Below, piece after piece: positions 29,491 to 37,287 of a stretch of 64,000 nucleotides of DNA. The stretch is taken from positions 1-64,000 of the IMG/VR virus record IMGVR_UViG_3300008448_000004; one strand, written 5' to 3'. The position numbers were made by a program, and so were the translations under genes. Position 1 is the first letter of the stretch; each line of letters opens with the position of its first letter. This stretch comes from a virus. Under the pieces are notes generated by a model. The model did no database searches. It was given only the letters and a program-made list of their open reading frames with translations, and was not told where the DNA came from.

Positions 29491-29565
29491 AGTTGAGTAT
29501 AATGATCGAGATCTCGTGAGGATAGCCGGGTAGTATTTGAACCGGCACTGATGTGATTTGCATAT

Positions 29566-29853
29566 TTAATTTTTAATTTCATCAAAATAGAAGGTTAACG
29601 CCTTATTGTACCCTGTTTCAATATTGACATAAGTACCACCGTACTCAACAACAGCACCTGATTCTACTAAGCGCTTTGCTCGCTTAAGACGCCTTGCTAC
29701 CAGCGAATCATTTACATCAGAACGAGGATCTTCCATGAATGAAGTGGCCGTATACTCACCTCCGCAACCACATCTGCAATGGTGATCTTTACCTAAATAG
29801 ACTTGAGAAATCTGATTGAGCGTAGCGCTCAGGAATTGTTCTTTGTTTAACAT
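29566..29853 (-). CDS. Hypothetical early protein
   Basis: Start moved to MLNKEQ (29853) after an A-rich leader; contains HHCRCGCGG. Confidence 0.7.
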   Translation of the reverse strand: MLNKEQFLSATLNQISQVYLGKDHHCRCGCGGEYTATSFMEDPRSDVNDSLVARRLKRAKRLVESGAVVEYGGTYVNIETGYNKALTFYFDEIKN

Positions 29854-29872
29854 AACTTTTATTTTTATTTGA

Positions 29873-30241
29873 TTAATAATCGTAAGACATAGCCTGTCTT
29901 TCAGCAACTTTACTAGTAGAAGGATGCGCGTAAACAAATCCTATTATACCAGTCTTTTTATCTTGACAAGAAACATACACAATTTCTGCTTTTTCAAATC
30001 CGGCTTCTAAAACTGCCGGCCAACCTCCGTTGAATTTGAATGTCTGCGTAAAGCCTGTATTATAACGCTCAGTTTCTGGTTTAAGATTGTAAAGATCTTT
30101 GCAAACTATAGAAATTTGTTTCATAATAGGATCATTGAAACTGTAAACAGGAACTCCATAATCACAAGCGTCATTGTATATGCGCTTTGATTTGCTTTTA
30201 ATTTCTTTAACTAAGTGACCCATCTCTTTGTAAACTGACAT
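29873..30241 (-). CDS. Hypothetical early protein
   Basis: Start moved to MSVYKEM (30241) after the A-rich leader AATCAAAAATAAAAGTT. Confidence 0.7.
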   Translation of the reverse strand: MSVYKEMGHLVKEIKSKSKRIYNDACDYGVPVYSFNDPIMKQISIVCKDLYNLKPETERYNTGFTQTFKFNGGWPAVLEAGFEKAEIVYVSCQDKKTGIIGFVYAHPSTSKVAERQAMSYDY

Positions 30242-30260
30242 AACTTTTATTTTTGATTGA

Positions 30261-30710
30261 TTAAGAAATTTTCCAAGCTTGATGAACACGACGCTTAAGC
30301 CTAGTACTGTTGTCGATAAGTACACCATCTTTAACAACTAAAGCATGACCTCTAACAAGCACATAGTAGGTACCGGAAGGATACTTCTTGATAAAGGTCT
30401 GCACATTCATACAACGCTTCCGCATCCAACCGCCAGGCTGTTTATATTCTTGAATAACAGTAACCTCAACAGTCATCTTACCAAAAGGAGTTGAGACTTT
30501 AAAATCGTTTACGATTGCTTTAGTCTTTGTACCTTTACCGTTAATCCGGCCCCAATTCTTCTGAGCATAAGCATGAGCTTGATCGTACGGTACATTACAG
30601 GCAACAGCGAGGGAATTTACAGCACAGTTGTTAGTATCCCCATTCTTAAGAATAGCATCACCGTTGTGTAGAACTTCTTTGTTAATATCCAGGACATCAA
30701 CTTTTAACAT
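30261..30710 (-). CDS. Hypothetical early protein with a papain-like peptidase pattern (C...H...D)
   Basis: DTNNCAVNSLAVA...YVLVRGHALVVKDGVLID. Confidence 0.6.
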   Translation of the reverse strand: MLKVDVLDINKEVLHNGDAILKNGDTNNCAVNSLAVACNVPYDQAHAYAQKNWGRINGKGTKTKAIVNDFKVSTPFGKMTVEVTVIQEYKQPGGWMRKRCMNVQTFIKKYPSGTYYVLVRGHALVVKDGVLIDNSTRLKRRVHQAWKIS

Positions 30711-30735
30711 AACCTATTTTTTTATTTTTGATTGA

Positions 30736-30972
30736 TTAGAGATAGTCGTAAATATCGTAAGAGTGAGTATCAGGATAAACCTCGATAATATCATTTTGAA
30801 AAAGCTCTAAGCATTTCTCATATGATTCACGCGACTTACAAGGATGGTCAATTGAACCATTACCTACTTTACGGTGCATACGAACGATATCGTAGCTATC
30901 AATGTAACCGGTTCTTTGAGCGGCGTAAAGCTCGTCATCTGTCTGGAAAGTGAATTTGTAATCTGTTGTCAT
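30736..30972 (-). CDS. Hypothetical early protein
   Basis: 78 aa ORF directly downstream of the early promoter at 30995-31025. Confidence 0.7.
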   Translation of the reverse strand: MTTDYKFTFQTDDELYAAQRTGYIDSYDIVRMHRKVGNGSIDHPCKSRESYEKCLELFQNDIIEVYPDTHSYDIYDYL

Positions 30973-30994
30973 AACTATTATTGATTGATATAAC

Positions 30995-31025
30995 TAAAGA
31001 TACGTACAATATCTCAGACGAGCAA
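30995..31025 (-). promoter_or_regulatory. Early promoter, consensus copy
   Basis: AAGTTGCTCGTCTGAG...TATCTTTAGTTATATCAATC; 20-nt spacer. Confidence 0.85.
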
Positions 31026-31056
31026 CTTTTTCTTAAAAAAAGATAAAAAAAGTTCC

Positions 31057-31110
31057 TAACCCGTTGATTCTCAATAAGTTAGACATAACTCGTTGATTTT
31101 CAATTAGTTA
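31057..31110. repeat. Tandem 25-bp palindrome pair (locus B)
   Basis: TAACCCGTTGATTCTCAATAAGTTA, 4-nt spacer GACA, TAACTCGTTGATTTTCAATTAGTTA. Confidence 0.9.
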
Positions 31111-31487
31111 GGAAACACCCAACGGTATATAAGATATCCAATGGTGAATATAGAAGCCCACACAAAGAGAAAAATCCATACATGCTTATTAGCTAGTCCA
31201 GCTTTAACCTTTTCACTTATGAACTTCTTTTTTACTACCGGCTTTTCTTCATGTATAACAGTAACAGTAGCACCTTCCATTTCAACAGGCTCTTTCTTAC
31301 TTCCCTTTAGACGTCCGTTGTATGTAATAAAAGCAGTATAGGTAGTTCTATTGTTATTATAGGGTGAAATGTAGACTGTTAAATTAGTATCTACAATATC
31401 ACGAGGTTCTTTATCCTTTAAAAACTCATCAAGGAGCCTATCTAGCTCCTGTAATGAATCCGCTTCTACTAAAAACGACTGTACCAT
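31104..31487 (-). CDS. Hypothetical protein with C-terminal transmembrane helix
   Basis: 127 aa; its stop codon lies inside the 25-bp palindrome at 31086-31110. Confidence 0.7.
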   Translation of the reverse strand: MVQSFLVEADSLQELDRLLDEFLKDKEPRDIVDTNLTVYISPYNNNRTTYTAFITYNGRLKGSKKEPVEMEGATVTVIHEEKPVVKKKFISEKVKAGLANKHVWIFLFVWASIFTIGYLIYRWVFPN

Positions 31488-31489
31488 TG

Positions 31490-31600
31490 TTAGTTGAGAA
31501 AGAGGTTAAACATCATCCTAAAAATCCAACTCCAAAAGAAATACCCTAGAGTCAGTATAAGAGCCCAGGTAATGATGAAGGGCCAGTTATACTTTTTCAT
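31490..31600 (-). CDS. Small membrane peptide (36 aa)
   Basis: Translated by hand: MKKYNWPFIITWALILTLGYFFWSWIFRMMFNLFLN*. Confidence 0.5.
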   Translation of the reverse strand: MKKYNWPFIITWALILTLGYFFWSWIFRMMFNLFLN

Positions 31601-31808
31601 CTTCATAAGTTTCAACCACGGCAATAACTGGTTCAAGGCTTTTACCGGCTTTGATCCAATCGAAAGTCTCTCTAGCTATCTTTTCATTATAGCTCAGTGA
31701 ATCGGGAACAAATCTACCATCCTTCTTAGTATACCACATAGAACGCTCTTGCATACCGGATAAAGTTTGTTCGATCTTTGTTTCTTTGATGAATTCAATT
31801 TTTGACAT
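31587..31808 (-). CDS. Hypothetical protein
   Basis: 73 aa ORF. Confidence 0.7.
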   Translation of the reverse strand: MSKIEFIKETKIEQTLSGMQERSMWYTKKDGRFVPDSLSYNEKIARETFDWIKAGKSLEPVIAVVETYEDEKV

Positions 31809-31813
31809 AACGT

Positions 31814-31966
31814 TTATTTTTTGTTGATTAAGAATTGCTTTAACAGGAGTGAAATTATATATGCTAGAGATGTTACTATAAAAGTAACAATAAAGAGATC
31901 GGACTTTATTGCAAAGATACTAATCAATACCATCAACGCAAAGAATAGGAAGACGTACTTGTACAT
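31814..31966 (-). CDS. Small membrane protein
   Basis: Start moved to MYKYVFLFF (31966); two hydrophobic helices. Confidence 0.55.
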   Translation of the reverse strand: MYKYVFLFFALMVLISIFAIKSDLFIVTFIVTSLAYIISLLLKQFLINKK

Positions 31967-31967
31967 A

Positions 31968-32108
31968 TTACTTTCTTTCATACCTATCCAATAACTGTTT
32001 AAGAATAGAATTCTCAAGCTTTAAATCTTGAATCTGTCCATGTTGCATAAAGGAATAAATTCCTAGACCAACAATAACAAGAACTAAAATTGCAACTAGC
32101 ATAACCAT
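31968..32108 (-). CDS. Small membrane-anchored protein (46 aa)
   Basis: Translated by hand: MVMLVAILVLVIVGLGIYSFMQHGQ...ERK*; directly after the promoter at 32118. Confidence 0.55.
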   Translation of the reverse strand: MVMLVAILVLVIVGLGIYSFMQHGQIQDLKLENSILKQLLDRYERK

Positions 32109-32117
32109 TGATTTAAC

Positions 32118-32147
32118 TAAAGATAGTAACTTAGCTTCTAACCCCAA
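32118..32147 (-). promoter_or_regulatory. Early promoter variant
   Basis: TTTG-N19-TATCTTTAGTTAAATCAAT. Confidence 0.7.
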
Positions 32148-32214
32148 ACTCTTTACAGATCGTCATGAAGAAGGTTTCCCGCGCGAGATAGCCTACTTTA
32201 TTTATATATTGATA

Positions 32215-32553
32215 TCACTTCCAATATATGTTAATCAAGATAATGATCAAGGAAAGTGTAATACAGATACCGGTCTTTACAGTAACCGGTTCACGGAAAA
32301 TGATCCAAGACATAACCGAAAACGTAATCACTCCCACTCCTTGTCCGATTAATCTCCCTTGCCAAGTAGCTCCAAAGTAGGCATTAATCAATTCAGTATA
32401 CTTGACAAGTAAAAAGCCAATCGGTATACTAACTATGGCTAGAACCCAATAAGACCCCTTTAGAATGGGAAATTTAGATGACCCTTGTAATTGAAGATAA
32501 GATATGACCTGGGCGATGGTCACCAAGAGGAGCGGGTATAAAAGCTTTATCAT
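32215..32553 (-). CDS. DMT/SMR-like (EamA half-repeat) membrane protein
   Basis: 112 aa with four hydrophobic helices; C-terminal FREPVTVKTGICITLSL matches the DMT F-x-E-x(5)-G pattern. Confidence 0.65.
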   Translation of the reverse strand: MIKLLYPLLLVTIAQVISYLQLQGSSKFPILKGSYWVLAIVSIPIGFLLVKYTELINAYFGATWQGRLIGQGVGVITFSVMSWIIFREPVTVKTGICITLSLIIILINIYWK

Positions 32554-32765
32554 ATGTATTCGATTAAAAGTTCTTCGGAGGGTAAAAGACGCTGGAGACC
32601 TAAAAACTTGTCCGGATGATCAAAGGGCTTGGCTTGAGATTGGTCCATAGTCCAAACCGGTCGACCGCCTTTCTCCAAACCGAGAAAAAACCCGTATTGG
32701 CTAAAGATCACAAACTCCCCCTTCCCGACCTCTCCATTAGTATTAGACGATACTCTTCGAGCCAT
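32550..32765 (-). CDS. Hypothetical protein
   Basis: 71 aa ORF, coupled to the next gene. Confidence 0.65.
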   Translation of the reverse strand: MARRVSSNTNGEVGKGEFVIFSQYGFFLGLEKGGRPVWTMDQSQAKPFDHPDKFLGLQRLLPSEELLIEYI

Positions 32766-32799
32766 AATAGGAAGTTAAAAAGTTTACCAAACATATTGA

Positions 32800-33123
32800 T
32801 TACTTGTAATTAGGTTCTACTAATGATCCATCTGCTTGCCTGGAAGCAAAATCTATCCAATAGGCTACATCTTCGGGTAGACAATGGCCTTTAACTGTAT
32901 CACCGCCCGGAAACTCAAACCAATTATTCTCTCCATCCCAAATAGCTATTTCGGCCGTAGGACAAGAGTAGATCGGATCACGTTTAATCCAATCAAGAGG
33001 ATCGATATCGGTTCTATTAAGAGAATGGTTATCACAATAGTTACTCGTACCCCACTGTACGGATATAGTCCAACCATTGACAAAACTGATCTGAAAGCCT
33101 TTATTAAATGTAGATTTGAACAT
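32800..33123 (-). CDS. Hypothetical protein
   Basis: 107 aa ORF (KGFQISFVNGWTISVQWG...YC...TAEIAIW). Confidence 0.7.
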   Translation of the reverse strand: MFKSTFNKGFQISFVNGWTISVQWGTSNYCDNHSLNRTDIDPLDWIKRDPIYSCPTAEIAIWDGENNWFEFPGGDTVKGHCLPEDVAYWIDFASRQADGSLVEPNYK

Positions 33124-33250
33124 AACTGAAATATTTATATATTTTACTTAATAGAATTTTTTCTTGGAATCTTGCGAGGCAAGTAACGTGAACTGATTGA
33201 TAAAAAGTAAGATAGGAATATATATTCCCTTAAGTGGTAGGATTTAGAAT

Positions 33251-33410
33251 TCCTTGCAGAGCTATCAAGCCCTTCGGGCTCCTAGTGTACTGCCTATGGG
33301 CTGTAATTACGTTGGTGTCAGACTGACAGCAGACTGCTCTTGACCGGGGGTAGGGTGCGGGCAGGCCACTCCTACATGACCACCCGCTAACCCACGGCTC
33401 CTGTGAGGGA
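33251..33410 (-). ncRNA. Candidate structured non-coding RNA (unidentified)
   Basis: Intergenic, 94/160 G+C by hand count; long hairpin GCGGGTGGTCAT-GTAGGA-GTGGCCTGCCCGC plus further stems; no family recognised. Confidence 0.35.
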
Positions 33411-33412
33411 TA

Positions 33413-33637
33413 TTAGGCGTTCATAGAGGCCAGCTTAGTAGCTAGTGTCTCACGGCGATACGCCATACGATAAGCAGTATTGGTGATAGTGTCGTTGAAA
33501 CGACGGCCAGCCAGTACATTGCTTACATGCGATGCAGAATAGTTCAACTCGCTTGCGATGTTAACGATGTCGCCACGCTTACGGCGTTGAGCTACCTTTA
33601 CCAGTTTAAATACCGGTGTCAATTTTTGGAATGCCAT
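33413..33637 (-). CDS. Small basic helix-turn-helix DNA-binding protein (Cro/XRE-like)
   Basis: GDIVNIASELNYSASHVSNVLAGRR fits an HTH; Arg/Lys-rich; TATTTATA motif at 33663-33670 upstream. Confidence 0.75.
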   Translation of the reverse strand: MAFQKLTPVFKLVKVAQRRKRGDIVNIASELNYSASHVSNVLAGRRFNDTITNTAYRMAYRRETLATKLASMNA

Positions 33638-33662
33638 GTTAAATGGTTTTGTTGTTAGTGAA

Positions 33663-33670
33663 TATAAATA
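33663..33670 (-). promoter_or_regulatory. Putative late promoter TATTTATA (HTH gene)
   Basis: 26 nt upstream of 33637. Confidence 0.5.
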
Positions 33671-33728
33671 AAAGATTTCTATTGTCTTATCTATATAAGG
33701 TAAGGACTTTATCTCTGACTACATACTC

Positions 33729-33992
33729 TTACCAGATCGAACCATCGAGTTCATTTGTATCACCATCCTCCAGGTTACCATCTTCATCGTATACATCTCT
33801 ATCATCAGCAGCATCCATAGAGGCGATCAGGTAATCTAGCTCAGTAAGCTCCTCTTGGAGGCCATATTGGATATCATTCCAATGATCGGATTCGGACTTA
33901 GATAGTTCTAGCTCATAGATCTCATCAGTGAGTTGAGCAATAAGGTCTACTAGTTCTTCTTTTAAGGTCTTAATTGTTTCTGTTCTTGACAT
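33729..33992 (-). CDS. Highly acidic small protein
   Basis: 87 aa, strongly Asp/Glu-rich; possible DNA-mimic-like protein (inference). Confidence 0.7.
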   Translation of the reverse strand: MSRTETIKTLKEELVDLIAQLTDEIYELELSKSESDHWNDIQYGLQEELTELDYLIASMDAADDRDVYDEDGNLEDGDTNELDGSIW

Positions 33993-34023
33993 AGTGATTA
34001 GTTAAAGAGTGATGAAAGAAAGT

Positions 34024-34062
34024 GGAGGGGGACCGGCCCGAAATGCCGGCCCTGCGACCTCC
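34024..34062 (-). terminator. GC-rich hairpin after the DUF932 gene
   Basis: GGAGG..GGGCCGGC-ATTTCGG-GCCGGTCC.CCTCC followed by ACTTTCTTT. Confidence 0.65.
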
Positions 34063-34076
34063 TATTTATCAATCAA

Positions 34077-34910
34077 TCAAACAAACTGCTCAGTTAATGC
34101 CCAGAGCTTCTGGTTCAGCTCAAGGTCTTTCAGCATATTAGTAATCTTACGCACCTTACGTGCACCGCCATTAGCGGTTGTAGTCTCAAAGCCACCTCCT
34201 ACGAGATGCTCTTGAACACGATTGAATACTTTCCAGAGAGTATTACCATCATCCTCTTTACGAGTAGACTGGAGTATCTGACGTACCTCATCATCGGTAC
34301 ACTCTCTTTCTTCACCCATACGGGTCTGCAAGGCTTGCTTAGCGAACTCGGTCTGCTCTTTAGCAGTCATTACCTTCTCAGACAAGACGTTAATCTTCTG
34401 AGTTACTTGAGGTAGAGCGGCCACGGCATCGTTAACCAGCTTCTTAAGCTCATCAAAGGAATAACCTAAGTGACGCATTACAAATGAACCCATATCTTTA
34501 TCCTTAACTACAAGGCCGTTTGAACATACAAGGCGGAATACTCCGATCTCGAATTTAAACTTACCCCAACCTCTGTGGTTGTTCATGATAACGATCTGAG
34601 GATAGGCCTCGATACCACCGTTAGCATCTTGGATGAAGATGGACGGGTTAAAGAACTTGACCAGATGTTTACCATACTTGGTCTGTACTTGATCGGAAGA
34701 CTTCATTGCCTTAGCATCACATACCTCCCAACCGAGGGTCTTCATATCCTCGATGATCTGATAGGTAGGGATGAAGGTATACTTCTTCGAAGTCTTATCG
34801 TAAGGCTCCTGGGTGTAGACCTGAGGTGCTGCTTCACGGATCTGATCGGCAGACATTACGGTCAATGATTTGAACTTAGCTGTTTTCTGTTCCTGTGTAG
34901 GTGTAGACAT
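34077..34910 (-). CDS. DUF932/DUF945-family protein
   Basis: TSKKYTFIPTYQIIEDM...YGKHLVKF...PQIVIMNNH...GVFRLVCSNGLVV...RH...NTLWKVFNRVQEHL...LNQKLWALTE. Confidence 0.85.
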   Translation of the reverse strand: MSTPTQEQKTAKFKSLTVMSADQIREAAPQVYTQEPYDKTSKKYTFIPTYQIIEDMKTLGWEVCDAKAMKSSDQVQTKYGKHLVKFFNPSIFIQDANGGIEAYPQIVIMNNHRGWGKFKFEIGVFRLVCSNGLVVKDKDMGSFVMRHLGYSFDELKKLVNDAVAALPQVTQKINVLSEKVMTAKEQTEFAKQALQTRMGEERECTDDEVRQILQSTRKEDDGNTLWKVFNRVQEHLVGGGFETTTANGGARKVRKITNMLKDLELNQKLWALTEQFV

Positions 34911-34938
34911 AACTTTTATTTTTTTTATTTGATTTATA

Positions 34939-34969
34939 TAAAGATAAGAACTTTATTTCATACTAGCAA
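34939..34969 (-). promoter_or_regulatory. Early promoter (DUF932 gene)
   Basis: AAGTTGCTAGTATGAA...TATCTTTA; 20-nt spacer. Confidence 0.85.
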
Positions 34970-34976
34970 CTTTATT

Positions 34977-35306
34977 TTAGAAGCAGATAGAATCTCTTTC
35001 GGCCCAATCCTGCTCCTCAAGCTTTTCAATAGCACTGGCCAGACCGGGGTACCACTTAGCTGTATAAGCCTCGTAGGAGAGCTCTTTTTCATCCTTCATC
35101 ATATTACGAGAAGGAATGTAGATACAATCGCCATTAGAAGCTGACATCGATACCTGACAGTCAGGCATCATATCGGCCATCGCCTCAGCATTAGCAACCA
35201 TGACATCAGCATTATAGTCCTGGATTGTGATCCCATCTCCATTATCGATTTCGATAACATCGGTGAGCTGATTGATTACTTTGATCTTGATTGATACTAC
35301 TGACAT
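34977..35306 (-). CDS. Hypothetical acidic early protein
   Basis: 109 aa ORF directly after the promoter at 35328. Confidence 0.7.
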   Translation of the reverse strand: MSVVSIKIKVINQLTDVIEIDNGDGITIQDYNADVMVANAEAMADMMPDCQVSMSASNGDCIYIPSRNMMKDEKELSYEAYTAKWYPGLASAIEKLEEQDWAERDSICF

Positions 35307-35327
35307 ATGATTGATGATTGATATAAC

Positions 35328-35358
35328 TAAAGATAGGAACTATTTCTCAGACTAGCAA
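35328..35358 (-). promoter_or_regulatory. Early promoter, consensus copy
   Basis: AAGTTGCTAGTCTGAG...TATCTTTAGTTATATCAATC; 20-nt spacer. Confidence 0.85.
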
Positions 35359-35366
35359 CTTTATTT

Positions 35367-35480
35367 TTAAAGCCTTACATCTTTTTCTGGCTTCATAAAC
35401 CTAGCCGCTACCAAGATACTTATACAAACTACCATTGCCAGACCGGCCTCCTGAAACATCTCTTTTAAAATCTCTATCAT
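35367..35480 (-). CDS. Small membrane peptide (37 aa)
   Basis: Translated by hand: MIEILKEMFQEAGLAMVVCISILVAARFMKPEKDVRL*; lies between two early promoters. Confidence 0.5.
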   Translation of the reverse strand: MIEILKEMFQEAGLAMVVCISILVAARFMKPEKDVRL

Positions 35481-35500
35481 ATTATTTGATTGACTATACA

Positions 35501-35531
35501 TAAAGGTAGATACTTTCTTTCAGACTAGCAA
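35501..35531 (-). promoter_or_regulatory. Early promoter
   Basis: AAGTTGCTAGTCTGAA...TACCTTTA; 20-nt spacer. Confidence 0.85.
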
Positions 35532-35540
35532 CTTTATTTA

Positions 35541-35618
35541 TAACTCATTGATTATCAATCGATTCGATATAGCCGGAATAAATATATATTTGCTAACTAA
35601 TTGATTCTGAAGGAGTTA
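35541..35618. repeat. Two degenerate 25-bp palindromes (locus C)
   Basis: TAACTCATTGATTATCAATCGATTC (35541-35565) and TAACTAATTGATTCTGAAGGAGTTA (35594-35618). Confidence 0.7.
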
Positions 35619-35799
35619 TCCCGCGCGGGGGAGTATCTTCTTTCCTATCCCAACACATTTCTCTATATTTTTATACACACAATCTAGATCCTAATCTATA
35701 TTCTATTACCTTATTAGCCTTTCATCTCCCCTGTCTTATTTTCTCTATATCTTTTATACACATTCTACTTTGCTTTAAATCTCCCTTATCTAATAGGGT

Positions 35800-36420
35800 C
35801 TAGAAGGGGTTTCTCGGTATGGGGACCGAATAGTATCTATCCAGCCACGTCCATACATCTTCAGCATCGGTAAACGGTCCTCCGAATACCGGATAGTTAT
35901 CTGCCATATATTCTTCTTCTATCTCTTTCCATCCTCTTTGATTATCAAATAGCCGTTCTCTTTCAAAGTGTATTCCTTCTATGAATCCTGATACCCATAT
36001 ATCTTCATCTGTATAATTTGGAAACAGGCCTTCATCTGGGATTCTATCTATGGCCTCTTTTCTTAATATGGTTTCTTGATACTTGGCAGCCGCCTTGACT
36101 AGTTCTTGACTTGGGGGAGGAGGTTCTTCTATCGCTTTTATCAATATATCTAGATCCTCTTTTGAATAAGATTCAACAGAAGGTAGTCCCGAATACTCAC
36201 AAGTATCTGTCTTATTATATGTTTCGTTGTAGTATTGTTCTCCATTTTCATTTGGTGGCAATATATTTTTGCCATTATTATGTGCCTCTATTATCTGCTC
36301 TTTCTCCATCTCTTTTGCTCTCTCTACTACTTCTAGCCATTCTCTACCTGTTAACTTTTCTTGATTCTCTTTACTCGATATCTGGTCTATCAACCAATTT
36401 ACTGCTGTTTGTTGTGCCAT
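35800..36420 (-). CDS. Mosaic hypothetical protein (TAVxWL...AKEMEKEQI module)
   Basis: 206 aa; N-terminus is paralogous to 36424..36627. Confidence 0.7.
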   Translation of the reverse strand: MAQQTAVNWLIDQISSKENQEKLTGREWLEVVERAKEMEKEQIIEAHNNGKNILPPNENGEQYYNETYNKTDTCEYSGLPSVESYSKEDLDILIKAIEEPPPPSQELVKAAAKYQETILRKEAIDRIPDEGLFPNYTDEDIWVSGFIEGIHFERERLFDNQRGWKEIEEEYMADNYPVFGGPFTDAEDVWTWLDRYYSVPIPRNPF

Positions 36421-36423
36421 AGT

Positions 36424-36627
36424 TTATTTGTTATATGTTTCTTTATAAAAAATTTCTGCTTCAATTAAAGCATCTTTTTTATCAATGTCTACTGTGCCAT
36501 TCCAATAAGCATCCATTATCTGCTCCTTCTCCATTTGTTTGGCATGATAAAACAAGTGAGCTTTTTCTAATCTATGCTCAAGAGGTAATCTTTGAAGTTC
36601 TGCAATCAACCATTCTACTGCTGTCAT
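36424..36627 (-). CDS. Hypothetical protein (TAVEWL...AKQMEKEQI family)
   Basis: 67 aa paralog of the N-terminus of 35800..36420. Confidence 0.7.
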   Translation of the reverse strand: MTAVEWLIAELQRLPLEHRLEKAHLFYHAKQMEKEQIMDAYWNGTVDIDKKDALIEAEIFYKETYNK

Positions 36628-36628
36628 T

Positions 36629-36763
36629 TTATTCTGATTTAGAAGTTAAATACCCTGTTACAAATCCATTAATCCACATCTGCTTGTCTGTCTCATTACA
36701 TCCATGACATCCTTCCCACATGCTTTCAGCTAGTTGTTTAATTTCTTCTAATGTTTGTGCCAT
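36629..36763 (-). CDS. Small hypothetical protein (44 aa)
   Basis: Translated by hand: MAQTLEEIKQLAESMWEGCHGCNETDKQMWINGFVTGYLTSKSE*. Confidence 0.55.
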   Translation of the reverse strand: MAQTLEEIKQLAESMWEGCHGCNETDKQMWINGFVTGYLTSKSE

Positions 36764-36776
36764 AGTTATTTGTTTT

Positions 36777-37019
36777 TTAACTCAATAATTCATCCATCGA
36801 TACCCCATGCTTATTTAATATCTGATAGAACTCCTCTCTTGCTCGGTCTAAAGCATCATAAGCTTCCTGGGTTAGATCTTCGTTATACTTTGTCTGCGAT
36901 CTTAGATACTGATCTACATCCCATAACGCTAGCACGATATCCAATGCCTTAACCGCTCTTAAATGTCCCTGACGGTCATCGGGTTCGTTTAAATCGAATT
37001 CAAGTATTCCTTTTGCCAT
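36777..37019 (-). CDS. Hypothetical protein
   Basis: 80 aa ORF starting MAKGILEFDLNEPDD. Confidence 0.7.
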   Translation of the reverse strand: MAKGILEFDLNEPDDRQGHLRAVKALDIVLALWDVDQYLRSQTKYNEDLTQEAYDALDRAREEFYQILNKHGVSMDELLS

Positions 37020-37020
37020 A

Positions 37021-37287
37021 TTATTTGTTATTTGTTATTTTCTTAATCATAAACTGTATTAGCTTTACTAATAGGATTACCGCCCCTACCCTGCCTACGA
37101 TCTCGCCCGGTTCCATCTCCTGGGTCTCGTCTGATATCAAAATCCATGTCACTCCTACCACTATCGATAATCCGTAGACATTAAATAGAATAGCTAAAGG
37201 AAGAGCAATTATGATACCTATCCATTCGGCTATCTTCAATAGTACTATTTCTAATAAGCTTTCACCACCGGGTCTATATTTTTTCAT
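37021..37287 (-). CDS. Membrane protein
   Basis: 88 aa with 2-3 hydrophobic helices. Confidence 0.65.
   Translation of the reverse strand: MKKYRPGGESLLEIVLLKIAEWIGIIIALPLAILFNVYGLSIVVGVTWILISDETQEMEPGEIVGRVGAVILLVKLIQFMIKKITNNK

Noticed and set aside
33251-33410. SRP RNA, hammerhead or HDV-like ribozyme identity for the GC-rich segment
   Set aside because: The diagnostic cores (SRP CAGG/GNRA/AGCAG, hammerhead CUGAUGA...GAAA, HDV nested pseudoknot) were not found by eye; it is kept only as an unidentified candidate.
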